Below, piece after piece: positions 37,983 to 48,981 of a stretch of 64,000 nt of DNA; within the stretch, counting starts at the first letter, position 1; every line of letters begins with the position of its first letter. A program made the translations under genes and the position numbers. The notes under the pieces were generated by a model that saw only the letters and a list, made by a program, of their open reading frames with translations, searched no databases and had not been told where the DNA came from. Location: positions 70,168 through 134,167 of the forward strand of contig CAWKFB010000008.1 in the NCBI GenBank assembly GCA_963848835.1, written 5' to 3'. The stretch is from Candidatus Aminicenantes bacterium. GTDB lineage: Bacteria > Acidobacteriota > Aminicenantia > Aminicenantales > UBA4085.

Positions 37983-39393
37983 ATGGAAGTCCCCCCGGCG
38001 GAATCCCGCCCCCGGTTCAATCTCGGCCACGTCTGGCTCATCTCGGCCGTGGCGGCCATGGGCGGGCTCCTCTTCGGCTACGATTGGGTCGTCATCGGCG
38101 GAGCCAAGCCGTTCTTCGAGCCGTTCTTCGGGCTCGCGAGCGAGGCCGTCCGGGGATGGGCGATGAGTTGCGCCCTGGTCGGCTGCCTCGTCGGAGCCCT
38201 CTTCACGGGCGGTTTGAGCGACCGTTTCGGCCGCAAGCGGCTCCTCATCGCCGCCGCCCTCCTCTTCGCCGCTTCGTCGGTCCTCACCGGCTGGGCTCCG
38301 TCCTTCACCCTGTTCGTCGCGTTCCGCATCCTGGGCGGCAGTGGCCATCGGCATGGCCTCGAACCTCTCCCCCGTCTACATCGCCGAGATCTCTCCGGCC
38401 CATCTCCGCGGGCGCCTCGTGACCCTCAACCAACTCACGATCGTCATCGGCATCCTCGCCGCCCAGATCGCCAACTGGCTCATCGCCCGGCCCGTTCCGG
38501 AAGGCGCCGGGGCCGAGCTCATCCGGTCCTCGTGGAACGGGACGCTCGGCTGGCGGTGGATGTTCACCGCGGTCGCGGTCCCGGCGCTCGCTTTCTTCGC
38601 CGGGGCGCTCTTCATCCCCGAGAGTCCGCGTTGGCTGGTCAAGAACGGCCGTCCCGACCGGGCCCGCCGCGTCCTGGCCAGGATCGGCGGCGCCGCTTAC
38701 GGCGAGTCGGAAACGGCCGCCGTCCAGGCCACGATCTCCGCCGCGGAAACCGGCCGCGTCCGGTTCGGCGACCTCCTCGAGCCACGGATGCGCAATATCC
38801 TCTTTATCGGCGTCGTCCTCGCCGTCCTCCAGCAGTGGAGCGGCATCAACGTCATCTTCAACTACGCCGAGGAGATCTTCCGGGCCGCCGGCTACGGGGT
38901 CAGCTCGATCCTGTTCAACATCGTCATCACTGGAGCGGTGAACCTCGTTTTCACCCTCGTCGCCATCCGGACGGTTGACCGCTTCGGCCGGCGCGCCCTG
39001 ATGCTCGTCGGCTGCGCCGGGATCGCCCTCTTTCACGCCCTGATCGGCCTCGGATATCTCTTCCATCTTCGCGGGCCGGCCGTCGTCGTCTGCATCCTGG
39101 CCGCGATCGCGAGCTACGCCGTCTCGCTTGCCCCGATCACCTGGGTCCTGATCTCGGAGATCTTCCCCAACCGCATCCGCGGCGCGGCGGTCTCCGTGGC
39201 CACGTCGGCACTCTGGACGGCCTGCTTCATCCTGACCTACACCTTCCCCCTGCTGAACGGGGCGCTGGGACCGGCCCTGACTTTCGGGCTCTATTCGGCG
39301 ATCTGCCTGGCCGGATTCGTCTTCATTAAGCTCCGCGTGCCCGAGACGAAGGGCAAGAGCCTCGAGACGATCGAGCGCGAGCTCGCCGCTTGA
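37983..39393 (+). CDS. MFS sugar porter (XylE/AraE-like sugar:H+ symporter), frame interrupted at 38340
   Basis: ..AAMGGLLFGYDWVVIGGAKPFF..GGLSDRFGRKR..FRILGG then, in the frame of ORF 38341..39393, (V)AIGMASNLSPVYIAEISPAHLRGRLVTLNQL..PESPRWL..VDRFGRR..PETKGKSLE. The single extra A at 38340 breaks ggcggc-a-gtggcc. Confidence 0.8.
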
Positions 39394-39612
39394 TACGGCT
39401 TCATCAAAATATCTAAAAAATCACTTGACACGCTATTTTTTTGGGAATAATAATTAGACAAACGATTGTGCCAAACGATTGCTCCAATCGATTGCGCGAT
39501 ATTTGAGCTAAGGAGCCAAATGTCAGCTGAAACTGATGGAGAATTCAAATCGGCTCCGATCTTGCCCGCTTTAGGCAACTATTCTATTGATCATCGGGAT
39601 AAGGGAGGCACC

Positions 39613-42516
39613 ATGTTCATCAAACGCATGAGGATCGCTCTGGTTTTCGGACTCCTGGCTTTCACTTTAACCGGCCCGCTTCCGGCCCAGATCACGACGG
39701 GCACGATGCGCGGGACCGTCAGCGACGGCCAGGGGCTGCCGCTTCCCGGCGTCACGATCGAAATCTCGAGCGAGGCGCTCATGAGCCCGCGGTCGGTCCT
39801 CACCGACGCCCGGGGGGGCTACCGCTTCCTCTACCTTCCTCCGGGACGCTACACCCTCTGCGCCAAGCTCGCGGCCTTCGAGACCTGCTGGCTCAAGGGC
39901 GTCCCCATCCAGATCGGCCAGACCGCGACGGCTGACGTGGTCATGAAGGAAGGAACGATCGAGACGACGGTCAACGTCACGGCCGAGCGTCCGAACATCG
40001 ACGTCGAGAGCAGCGCGAAGAGCTACACGATCACGACCGAGCTCCTGCAGACCGTGCCGCTCGGACCGCGGGTCAGTTACATCGACGTCTTCTTCACCCT
40101 GCCCGGCGTCGCCGGCGTGTGGGGGAACTCCCCGCTCGTCAACGCCGCGAGCGTCACCCACAACCTCCGGCCGGGCTGGACCTACATGTTCAACCAGCAC
40201 AACCAGGACGACAGCTACGAGAACAAGATCGTCATCGACGGGATGGAGATCAACGACTCGATGAGCGGGACCTCCTACTACAACTTCAACTACGAAGCGA
40301 TGGAGGAGATCGACGTCAAGACGGCCGGCGCATCGGCCGAGTACGGAAACGCCCGCTCGTCTTTCATGAACATCGTCACGAAGTCTGGGGGCAACACCTT
40401 CAAGGGTTCGGCCTTCGTCCAGTTCCGGCCCGAGTCCTGGAATTGGACGAACGTCACCGCGGGCTCCCCCAGCGCGACGAGCTACATCGAGCCCAACATC
40501 ACCCTGAGCGGGCCGGTCCTGAAGGACAAGCTCTGGTTCATGGGCTCCTACAAGTACAACAACGAGAATTATGTCTACCCCGATACGATCGTCCTCGACA
40601 AGATCGTCCGGGAAACCCGGGGCCATATGCCCTACTTCAAGCTGACCTTCCAGCCCACGCCCAAGCACACCCTCAGCGCCATCTACCAGAACGATTTCAA
40701 CACGATCGATCCCGCCGCCTTTCCGAACACCGTCTATTCGACCATGGACACGTCGTACCGCGGGGAACGGGGCGGCCCGATGTATTCGCTGACGTGGCGC
40801 TGGCTCGTCTCGGACTCGGTCTTCTTCAACTTCGTCGCGGGCTACCAGCACAAGCCCCGGAGCAACTTCTCCCGCACCCAGAACCCCCTCTATACGTACA
40901 CGGAGCGGTTCCAGGCCGGTTCGGCCCTCCTTTACGACAAGGGCTACGGCGAGGAATACTTCTCCGTTCGCGACAACATCCTCTTCTCCGGGAACCTGAC
41001 GTATCTCGTAGGCGATCTGGCCGGGACCGGCGCCCACGAATTCAAGGCCGGGATCGACATCCGGCCCTACCAGTACGCCGATTGGACCCGGAAGTACAAC
41101 GAGGACGCCCTCGGCTTCTACCAGTACTCCTACGGCCTCGACTACGCCAATTACGGCCTGAGCCAGCCCTACGTCTACCGCGGCTACCAGAGGAAGGCCC
41201 CGGCCGGCGCCGATCAGACCCAGTACACGAACGCGGCCAACTGCACCAGCCAGAACTTCTTCCTCCAGGACAATTGGCTCGTTTCAAAGAACCTCAGCCT
41301 CCATCTCGGGCTCCGCCTGGAGCACCAGCGCAACGACCAGTACTGGCGGGACGAGATGGACCCCTCACTGGATAAGATCTATTCGGGCATCCGGAGCAAC
41401 GTCATCCTGGAAGGCACCGGCCTCGCTCCCCGCCTCGGACTGACCTACAACTGGGAGAAGGTCGGGGTCTTCAAGCTCCACTACGGCAGGTACTACGAAT
41501 ACGTCGGGACGGGGGACTACTTCGAGGAATCCCGGTTCATGGCCACGGTCCAGTACCGGATGGCGGCGGCCGACATCGGCAAGGGCCCCGAGGCGATGAC
41601 GATCTTTTCGGACCCGGCCGTGCCGCTCAACGCGGATTACAACAAGGGCCTGAAGCCCGAGTACAACGACGAGTTCGTCCTCTCGTTCGAACGGGAGCTC
41701 CCCTGGAACCTGGTCTTCGACACGACTTTCATCTACCGGGTGAACTACCCGTCCAACACGGAGGAGGTCAACGCCGTCTTCCAGAACGGGGTCTTCGTCG
41801 ACCGCCGCTTCCCCGAATTCGACGGGATCCAGATGAAGACCTGGTACGGGGGGGACGACCGGCGCTGGAAGTTCGATTACAAGGGTCTCCTCTTCAACCT
41901 CAAGCGGAACTTCAGCGGCAAATGGGGCTTCATGGCCAACTATTCCCTGATGTGGCGGAATTACTACCAGGTCCAGTGGGACACCTACGATCCCCGGCAG
42001 TTCGTCTACGCCGATTCGGGCGCCCTGAACTGGACGAACTACGGCATCCGCTGGGCCTTCCATCTCTCCGCCTTCTATCGCCTGCCCTTGGACATCCTCG
42101 CCTCGACGTTCATCTCGGGAAATTCGGGCACCTACCTCCAGGACGAGACCGGCGACTACGCCTGGGACGCGACCGCTCCGCTGGTCACGATCTCCAACGG
42201 CCGCCGGGTCAGCGACATCGTCTGGCAGGCCCGGAACGCGTACTATGTGGGCAAGAAATGGGGCGACAGCGGCCGGACCACGGATAACCTCTGGAGCGTC
42301 AACGCCCGGCTGGCCAAGGGCTTCACGATCGGGCGGTTCCGCCTGGAGCTGACCGTCGACGTCTACAACGTCTTCAACTGGAGCGCGTACAGCAGCTTCG
42401 GCAACGTGGACATCCGCCGCGATTACGTCGACAGCAGCGGGATCAACCAGTACGCGCGGAAGACGAGCCCGCAGTCGCCGCGCGCGGCCCAGCTGACACT
42501 CAAGTTCGAGTTCTAA
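39613..42516 (+). CDS. TonB-dependent receptor-like outer-membrane protein with CarboxypepD_reg N-terminal domain
   Basis: AAGGGAGG RBS, signal peptide, ..TGTMRGTVSDGQGLPLPGVTIEISSEAL..TDARGGYRFLYLPPGRYTL.., a long beta-rich body, and a C-terminal ..LTLKFEF. Confidence 0.8.
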   Translation: MFIKRMRIALVFGLLAFTLTGPLPAQITTGTMRGTVSDGQGLPLPGVTIEISSEALMSPRSVLTDARGGYRFLYLPPGRYTLCAKLAAFETCWLKGVPIQIGQTATADVVMKEGTIETTVNVTAERPNIDVESSAKSYTITTELLQTVPLGPRVSYIDVFFTLPGVAGVWGNSPLVNAASVTHNLRPGWTYMFNQHNQDDSYENKIVIDGMEINDSMSGTSYYNFNYEAMEEIDVKTAGASAEYGNARSSFMNIVTKSGGNTFKGSAFVQFRPESWNWTNVTAGSPSATSYIEPNITLSGPVLKDKLWFMGSYKYNNENYVYPDTIVLDKIVRETRGHMPYFKLTFQPTPKHTLSAIYQNDFNTIDPAAFPNTVYSTMDTSYRGERGGPMYSLTWRWLVSDSVFFNFVAGYQHKPRSNFSRTQNPLYTYTERFQAGSALLYDKGYGEEYFSVRDNILFSGNLTYLVGDLAGTGAHEFKAGIDIRPYQYADWTRKYNEDALGFYQYSYGLDYANYGLSQPYVYRGYQRKAPAGADQTQYTNAANCTSQNFFLQDNWLVSKNLSLHLGLRLEHQRNDQYWRDEMDPSLDKIYSGIRSNVILEGTGLAPRLGLTYNWEKVGVFKLHYGRYYEYVGTGDYFEESRFMATVQYRMAAADIGKGPEAMTIFSDPAVPLNADYNKGLKPEYNDEFVLSFERELPWNLVFDTTFIYRVNYPSNTEEVNAVFQNGVFVDRRFPEFDGIQMKTWYGGDDRRWKFDYKGLLFNLKRNFSGKWGFMANYSLMWRNYYQVQWDTYDPRQFVYADSGALNWTNYGIRWAFHLSAFYRLPLDILASTFISGNSGTYLQDETGDYAWDATAPLVTISNGRRVSDIVWQARNAYYVGKKWGDSGRTTDNLWSVNARLAKGFTIGRFRLELTVDVYNVFNWSAYSSFGNVDIRRDYVDSSGINQYARKTSPQSPRAAQLTLKFEF

Positions 42517-42541
42517 GAGAATTGAGCGTTTCTTAATTTTC

Positions 42542-42594
42542 GGGCCGGCGGGCCGGCCCTCCTGCGACACCCAAGGCCCGCCGGCCCCTTTCTA
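42542..42594. terminator. Hairpin between convergent genes (probable bidirectional terminator)
   Basis: A 13-bp perfect GC stem gggccggcgggcc / ggcccgccggccc with a roughly 20-nt loop. Weak T tract (cctttct) on the plus side. Confidence 0.45.
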
Positions 42595-42629
42595 GCCCCG
42601 GTTCTCGTCCGGCGTTCCTGGTGGACGGC

Positions 42630-44786
42630 TTAGCGGCCGCTCCCCAGAAGGGCGCTATAACATTTCCATTCGAGGGACATGTCCCGGCTCAGCTTCCGGC
42701 CCCCGAGCGCGAGGCGAAGCAGGGCCACGGGCTTGCTTCCTCCCTGGATCACGGCGTCGTTGAAGCGTTTGAGCGTCATCTTTCCCGAGTCGACGAGCTC
42801 GCGCTTGACTTCCCAGATCTGGAGCGCGCCGAGCATGTAGGCCGCCTGGTAGAGAGGACCGTAACTTCCGGCGAACGAGCGCCGGACCTCGCCGGCCGCG
42901 TTTTCCCGCTCGTGGCCGACTTTGGCGACGAGGTAGTCGATGCATTCCTGCGGGGACCATTCGCCGAGGTGGAACTTCAAGGAGAAAACGATCCGGGCGC
43001 AGCGGTGCATCCTCCAGAAGAGCGCCCCCACGCGGTCCGCCGGCTTGGCGTGGAAGCCCTGGTCATACAGCAGCATCTCCCAATAGAGCGCCCAGCCTTC
43101 GCCCCAGAAGGACGTGCCCAGGTTCCCCTGGACGCCGCCGAACCGCTGGCTCATGAATCCCTGCATGTTGTGCCCGGGGATCATCTCGTGGAACGCGGTC
43201 GCGTGAGAGAAGTGGGGGTTGTTGCCGCGCATGCTCTGGAGCTTCTGGGGAGTCGTCATCGTGCTCGTCGGATAGGAGACCGAGATGACCGCCCCGCCCG
43301 TGAAGAACGGATTGACGAGCTGGCGCTGCGGCGACATCATCTCCATCCGGAGCGTTTCCTCCTCGACCTCGGGGACGGTGAGCAGGTCCCGGGAGCGGAT
43401 GAACGCGACGGCCTGGCGGAGGAGGTCCCGGATCACGTCCGGCTGGCCGCCCGGCTCGACGGCGGTTTCCTTGACCTTCTCCAAGGCCGCCCGCCAATCC
43501 TCTCCGAAGCCCAGCTCGCCCGCGGCCTTCTTCATCTCGGCTTCGCACCAGGCGTACTGTCTTTCGGCCAGGATGATGAGCTCGTCCGGCGTGTAAGGGA
43601 TAAGCTCCTCGGATAGGCTCAGGATCAAGGCCTCGCGCCCGATGGGGCGGCCGGCGATGCCGCTCGCGTCGGCTTTGACCGGGGGCTCCGGCGCGGCCGG
43701 CCGCCCGGCCCTGGCCAGCGAGACGTCCAGTGTGTTGCGCATATAGAGATAGTCGACCTGTGCGTCCCGGCTGAGCTTATCGAAAGCGATCCTCTTCAAA
43801 GCGTCCCGCCAGGCCGCGAGCGTCTTCATGTCCGGCGGCCGGACCGAAGCCTCGCTCGAACGGCCTCCGCCGCCCCGGCCGCCGCGGCCGAGGGCCCCCC
43901 GAAAGCTCTGAACGACGCCGCGCATCTCGTCCGGCGGGACGGCCAGCAGGGCGGCGAGGTCCGGGACCTCGTCATGAGGCGGGGCGGGCGCGGCCGGGAC
44001 ATCGACCGGCGGCGCGGGGGGGACGGGGACGTCCGGAACGGCCGGGGCGACCTTTTCCCTAAGGAAAGCCTCATATTCCTCGAGCGCCCGGTCCGTATCC
44101 TTATAGGGCTGGGCCATCCACCAGGTAAAGAGAGGATCATAGTCGTTGTAAAAGCCGAACCAGCCGCGGAGCACGCCGCGAAGGTCCTTGACGGCGTCGG
44201 CGGTTCGGACCGCCAGGCCGCGAGCCGGGACGAGGCCGCCCAGCCGGGAGGGATCGTTGAGCGAGGCCTCGAGGGTTGACCGGACCTTCCCAACCTCCGC
44301 GGCGGCGCCGGAAAGGACGACGGCGGACCGACGGGCGTTCATAGTCTCCATACGAAGCCTCGCCTCTTCGAGACCGGCGATCGTCCCGCCGAAAGGAACG
44401 AGAGAAGCGATCTGAGCGGCCGCGGCCGCATCGGCTTCGACCCGGCCCGCGTTCTCCCGGACCGTTTTGGTCAAAGCCGTCAGGTCGGCCTTCTCCGCGG
44501 GGGCGAGGCCGGCCGTCGGCAGCTTGTCGAGGGCGGCCGCCCAGTCCAGGTCGAACCGCTTCAACCGGGAGAAGCGGACCGGCGAAACGGCGTGATAGAA
44601 TCCGCTCAAGAGGTTTCTGTCGGCATCGTAGCGCGCCGTGACAAGGCGGACCGCGCTCTGCCTGGGGATGAGGAGCTTTTGGAGATCGCCCGGGACGGCT
44701 GCGGCCGGCCGGGCGGCCTGGGGAAACGCTTCGAGAGCCGATACGGCGAGGATCAATCCGGCGAGGATGAGGAACCGTTTCTTCAT
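42630..44786 (-). CDS. DUF885 family protein (secreted, metallopeptidase-like)
   Basis: Signal peptide MKKRFLILAGLILAVSALEA. The C-terminal region ..ATAFHEMIPGHNMQGF..EGWALYWEM.. matches the DUF885 pattern as I recall it. Confidence 0.65.
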   Translation of the reverse strand: MKKRFLILAGLILAVSALEAFPQAARPAAAVPGDLQKLLIPRQSAVRLVTARYDADRNLLSGFYHAVSPVRFSRLKRFDLDWAAALDKLPTAGLAPAEKADLTALTKTVRENAGRVEADAAAAAQIASLVPFGGTIAGLEEARLRMETMNARRSAVVLSGAAAEVGKVRSTLEASLNDPSRLGGLVPARGLAVRTADAVKDLRGVLRGWFGFYNDYDPLFTWWMAQPYKDTDRALEEYEAFLREKVAPAVPDVPVPPAPPVDVPAAPAPPHDEVPDLAALLAVPPDEMRGVVQSFRGALGRGGRGGGGRSSEASVRPPDMKTLAAWRDALKRIAFDKLSRDAQVDYLYMRNTLDVSLARAGRPAAPEPPVKADASGIAGRPIGREALILSLSEELIPYTPDELIILAERQYAWCEAEMKKAAGELGFGEDWRAALEKVKETAVEPGGQPDVIRDLLRQAVAFIRSRDLLTVPEVEEETLRMEMMSPQRQLVNPFFTGGAVISVSYPTSTMTTPQKLQSMRGNNPHFSHATAFHEMIPGHNMQGFMSQRFGGVQGNLGTSFWGEGWALYWEMLLYDQGFHAKPADRVGALFWRMHRCARIVFSLKFHLGEWSPQECIDYLVAKVGHERENAAGEVRRSFAGSYGPLYQAAYMLGALQIWEVKRELVDSGKMTLKRFNDAVIQGGSKPVALLRLALGGRKLSRDMSLEWKCYSALLGSGR

Positions 44787-44890
44787 GTTACCGCCTCCAG
44801 TCTAAGCCATTCTCTACATTTTGACGTCCCCGGGTCAACCATGTAAACTCAATTCCTCGCCCCCTCAACGCGATCCGGGAGAAAAAACGC

Positions 44891-47035
44891 ATGACCAACG
44901 GCATACGAACGGCCTGGCTTCTTCTTGCCGCGACAGTTTCGGCAGGGTTCCTGTCTCCGGCTTCGCAGCTTCCCGCCGTTCCCGCTCCGCCCAACGAACC
45001 CGCCCGGATCGAGTTCTCGAACGGACGGCTCTCGGTCACCTACGCCGGGAAGGCTATTTTCGACGCCGCCGTCTCGGGGGATCCCGCCGGGACGATGTTT
45101 CGGACGGAAGTATACCGGGACGGCAACAGGATCGAGCAGGTCGCCCTGCTTTTCGGGAGCGAACGCGATCCGCTCGCGGTCGAAGGGACGGTCCGCGCCG
45201 GCGAGGAAGCTTTCGCCTGCGAAGCCGACCGCCGCGACCGCCGCGGGGCCGGACCTGTCATCGTCCGCCATGTTTCGGGGATGAGCCGGAGCCTCCTCAA
45301 CCGGGCCGTCTACGACCGGCGTTCGGACTGGGTCTTATCCGTGGACGCCGGGCCGGGGGCGACCGTTCTCCCCGCCAAGCTTGGCCCCGACGGCCGGTCC
45401 TTCGACCTCCGGGCGCAGGGCGCCGAGATCGTCCTCCGCTTCCGGCCGCGGTTCTACCAGAAACATCGCGGGCTCCCCTTCTATGAGCCCTGGACCTACA
45501 AGCCCTGGCCGGGATCGGTGGCCGGCTGGATCTCCTGGTTCGCTTTCTACGACGCCGTGACGGAGAAGGACATCGTCGAGACGGCCGAAGCGTTCTCCGA
45601 AGCGCTCGGCCCGTTCGGGTTCGACATCCTCCAGATCGACGACGGCTACCAGCGCGGCACCGGCGCGCCGGAGAGCTGGCTCGTCCCCAACGCCAAGTTT
45701 CCCCGCGGCCTCAAGTTCCTGGCCGATTTCATCAAAAGCAAGGGCCTCACCCCGGGCCTCTGGACCGCGGCTACGGTCGCGGATAAGGCGTTTGTCGACG
45801 CCCATCCGCGGTGGTTCGTCCGCGGCGCCGGCGGCGTTCCGGCGCGCGGCAACTGGATCAGCTACGCCCTCGACGCTTCGGTCCCCGAAGCCCTCGATTC
45901 CGTGGTCAAGCCGCTCTACCGGGGCCTGATGGACCAGGGATGGCGATACATCAAGCTCGACGCCCTCCGCCACCTGCGCTACGAGGGCTACAACGCCAAC
46001 CGGAGCCATTTCGAGCGGACGAAGACGGACCTCGTCGCGGCCTACCGGAAATACGTGCAGACGGTCCGGGACGTCATCGGCCGGGACACCTTCCTCCTCG
46101 GCTGCTGGGGCATCCGGCCCGAGCTCACCGGGCTCATCGACGCCTGCCGCATCGGCGACGACGGCTTCTCCTACGCCGGCCTGGCCCAGTACAACTCCTT
46201 CAACAACGTCGTCTGGCGGAACGATCCCGACCACATCGAGCTCAACGAGGACGGCTGGCGCTCGACGCTCGTCACGACGCTGACCGGATCGCTGTTCATG
46301 CTGACGGACAAGCCGGCCCTCTACCGGACCCCGGCAATCGAGCCGGCCCGGCGGACGGTCCCGGTGCTCGACACCCGCCCCGGCCAGCTCTACGACGTCG
46401 ATCCTTCGCGCTCCGCGCTCCTCGGGCGCGTCGACTCCGAGGTCAGCGGCAGCGGCCCGCGCCCCTTCGACGGCGGATACACTCCGGCCTGCTTCCTCTA
46501 CTCTCTCGAGATCGACCGGCCCTTCGAGAATTGGCTGGCGCTCGGGCGGACCGGAGGCGAGGACCGGGACATCGCCTTCGCCGACCTGGGGCTCGATCCC
46601 GGCCGCGAGTTCTATGTCTTCGAATTCTGGACGAAGCGGCTCCTCGGGAGCTTCGGCGGCTCGTTCCGGCCGGGGCCGATCGACCCCAAGTTCCGCTCCC
46701 AGGCATTCATCATCCGCGAGCGGAAGCCGGTCCCCCAGGTCATCGCCACAAGCCGCCACGTCACCGGCGGCGGCCCCGACCTCCTCGAGGCGTCCTGGAG
46801 CGGGGCGGCGCTCGCCGGACGGAGCCTGACGGTGAAGGGCGATCCCTATATCCTCTATCTGACCGAGCCCGCCGGCTGGGCGTTTGAAGCCCTGGATGTC
46901 CGGGGCGCCAAGCTCGCCCGGACCGGGCGCGACGGGCGGATCCTCCGCCTCACCCTGACGCCCGAAACGGGCGGGGAGGTCGCCTGGACGGCCCGGTACG
47001 CCGCCCGCGAAGGCCGCGCCGGCATGGAAAATTGA
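44891..47035 (+). CDS. Clan GH-D glycoside hydrolase (GH36/melibiase-like alpha-galactosidase)
   Basis: ..FGFDILQIDDGYQRG..PRGLKFLADFIKSKGLTPGLWTA..RYIKLDALR..CRIGDDG..NDPDH.. shows TIM-barrel alpha-galactosidase-type motifs. Confidence 0.7.
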   Translation: MTNGIRTAWLLLAATVSAGFLSPASQLPAVPAPPNEPARIEFSNGRLSVTYAGKAIFDAAVSGDPAGTMFRTEVYRDGNRIEQVALLFGSERDPLAVEGTVRAGEEAFACEADRRDRRGAGPVIVRHVSGMSRSLLNRAVYDRRSDWVLSVDAGPGATVLPAKLGPDGRSFDLRAQGAEIVLRFRPRFYQKHRGLPFYEPWTYKPWPGSVAGWISWFAFYDAVTEKDIVETAEAFSEALGPFGFDILQIDDGYQRGTGAPESWLVPNAKFPRGLKFLADFIKSKGLTPGLWTAATVADKAFVDAHPRWFVRGAGGVPARGNWISYALDASVPEALDSVVKPLYRGLMDQGWRYIKLDALRHLRYEGYNANRSHFERTKTDLVAAYRKYVQTVRDVIGRDTFLLGCWGIRPELTGLIDACRIGDDGFSYAGLAQYNSFNNVVWRNDPDHIELNEDGWRSTLVTTLTGSLFMLTDKPALYRTPAIEPARRTVPVLDTRPGQLYDVDPSRSALLGRVDSEVSGSGPRPFDGGYTPACFLYSLEIDRPFENWLALGRTGGEDRDIAFADLGLDPGREFYVFEFWTKRLLGSFGGSFRPGPIDPKFRSQAFIIRERKPVPQVIATSRHVTGGGPDLLEASWSGAALAGRSLTVKGDPYILYLTEPAGWAFEALDVRGAKLARTGRDGRILRLTLTPETGGEVAWTARYAAREGRAGMEN

Positions 47036-47076
47036 ACCGATTTGAGGGATAATACGTAAACAGCAAGGAGGCCGAT

Positions 47077-47643
47077 ATGACCCCATTCCACCGCCGGTTC
47101 GTTTCCGTCCTAGGCGGGCTTCTCGCGATCGCCTTTCTGAGCGGGACGCTCTCGGCCCAGGCCGAATACCGCGGCCGCATGTTCATGGGGGGAGGTCCCA
47201 ACCGCGCGGCCGTCGCCAACGTCAAGATCGTCGTGGATGGATTAACGACGGCCGAAGAGGTCGCCCGCTACCAGCAGCTCCTCGCCGCGGGCGATATCGA
47301 AGGATTCTACCAGACCTTCCACACCCTGAAGAAAGGATCGCTCCAGTTCACCGGCGGCCTCGGCCTGAAGATCGATTTCTACGCCGCTTCCGAAATCCAG
47401 ACCGAGAAAGGGGCCAGGCTCTTCATGGCCGCCGATTCACGGAGCCTGGAGACGGGCGTCAGCAAGCGGACCCAGGGGAGCTACCTCTTTCTCGTCATCA
47501 TGCTCGACATCGACGCCAAAGGCAACGGCGACGGCCAGCTCTACGAGGACGGCAAGCTCGCCTTCGCCTCGAACGGGGAGCTGATCCTGCAGTCCTACAT
47601 CACGACCCCCAAAGAAATCGTCAACGTCAAGAAGACCAAATGA
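47077..47643 (+). CDS. Secreted hypothetical protein
   Basis: 188 aa with signal peptide ..LAIAFLSGTLSAQA. No recognisable motif. Confidence 0.5.
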   Translation: MTPFHRRFVSVLGGLLAIAFLSGTLSAQAEYRGRMFMGGGPNRAAVANVKIVVDGLTTAEEVARYQQLLAAGDIEGFYQTFHTLKKGSLQFTGGLGLKIDFYAASEIQTEKGARLFMAADSRSLETGVSKRTQGSYLFLVIMLDIDAKGNGDGQLYEDGKLAFASNGELILQSYITTPKEIVNVKKTK

Positions 47644-47663
47644 CCGTTTTTGAGGAGATTCCA

Positions 47664-48545
47664 ATGAACAAGAAACGCGCACTTCCGCAAGGGATGAAGG
47701 CTTTCGCCCTTCTTCTGACCGTGTTCGTCGCCGCAGGCGGAGCGGCCGTCACGTCCGTTTCCCCGCAGGGAGCGGTGACGCTGACCTACCAGTTCCCGGA
47801 GAGCCGGACGCTCTCCTACCGGACCTCGGGCACGCAGATACAGAACATGGAGGTCATGGGCCAGGCCATGACGACCGAAAGCGTCTCGAGCACGGACTTC
47901 ACGGTCAAGGGCAAGGGCCTGAAGGACGGGAACATCGTCCTCGGGGTGACCATCGACGCGGCCAAGTCCGACGTCTCCTCGCCCCAGGGCAACTTCTCGC
48001 CCGACTTGAGCGTGATCGTCGGCAAGAGCTTCGACATGATCGTCTCGAAGCTGGGCAAGGAGATCGACGTCTCGGCCGCGGAGGCGATCAAGTACGACAT
48101 GCCCACGGGCGGCCAGCGGGACCTGAGCTCGGGCTTCCAGGCTTTCTTCTCCGACGTCCCCGACAAGCCGGTCAAGATCGGCGACACCTGGCCGTCCGAG
48201 GACACGATCATCCAGAAGGAAGGCACGGGCGAGACGCGCATTCACTTCACGAACGTGAACACCTTCGACGGGATCGAGACCGTGGACGGCTATGAGTGCG
48301 CCCGGATCAAGGTCGCGGTCAAGGGGGCGGTCACCGGCAGCCTGGAGCAGCAGGGCGTCGGCATCTCCATCGACATCAAGATGGACGGCACGGACGTCTG
48401 GTACTTCGCCATCAAAGAGGGCATCTACGTCAAATCGGACATGAAGGCCAGCATGGCCGGGGTCGTGGCCGTCGGTGAGCCGGCCAACATGACCATCCCC
48501 GTGACCGGCGAGAACCGCCAGTCGGCCTCTTTGATCAAAAAATAG
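47664..48545 (+). CDS. Secreted hypothetical protein
   Basis: GAGGAG RBS at 47652-47657, MNKKRALPQGMKAFALLLTVFVAAGGAA.., beta-rich, no recognisable motif. Confidence 0.5.
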   Translation: MNKKRALPQGMKAFALLLTVFVAAGGAAVTSVSPQGAVTLTYQFPESRTLSYRTSGTQIQNMEVMGQAMTTESVSSTDFTVKGKGLKDGNIVLGVTIDAAKSDVSSPQGNFSPDLSVIVGKSFDMIVSKLGKEIDVSAAEAIKYDMPTGGQRDLSSGFQAFFSDVPDKPVKIGDTWPSEDTIIQKEGTGETRIHFTNVNTFDGIETVDGYECARIKVAVKGAVTGSLEQQGVGISIDIKMDGTDVWYFAIKEGIYVKSDMKASMAGVVAVGEPANMTIPVTGENRQSASLIKK

Positions 48546-48570
48546 CTGGAATAGATCGGTACCTTATAGA

Positions 48571-48981
48571 TCGGTACCTGAATACTCAACCTCTTAATTC
48601 GGTAACGTATTGATAAGAATGATAGTTACCTGTTTTCGACAATCGGCTCTTCGGACTTTTCAATGGATTCCCCTATTTGAGGGCAAGTTCCATCTCTTTT
48701 GTTTCATTTGGGCAGGGCCACAAGCCCTGCCCAAGGGGGGTCAGCGAAGCGCCGAGGGGGCGCCAGCCCCCTGGAAGCATTCCGTTCCTAATACTAAAAA
48801 ATTAAAGGAACGGAATGCGCATCGGGGTTAGGTGAGATTTGTAAATCATGATCCAAAAATCCCCCTTAATCCCCCTTTCCAAAGCGGGACAACGTCTCTG
48901 TTGTCCATACAAAAGCCAGAAGGGCCAAAAAACATTTATCGTCATTTACGGCAATTGAGTGGTTGAGTATTCAGGTACCGA
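48571..48981. repeat. Family E long form: E arms (48571-48591 / 48961-48981) enclosing family B copy B3 (48697-48823) and family C copy C3 (48834-48917)
   Basis: The arms tcggtacctgaatactcaacc / ggttgagtattcaggtaccga are inverted. The inner ends (cttaattcgg.. and ..acggcaattgagt) match the loop ends of E1. The interior carries full B and C repeats. Confidence 0.8.
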
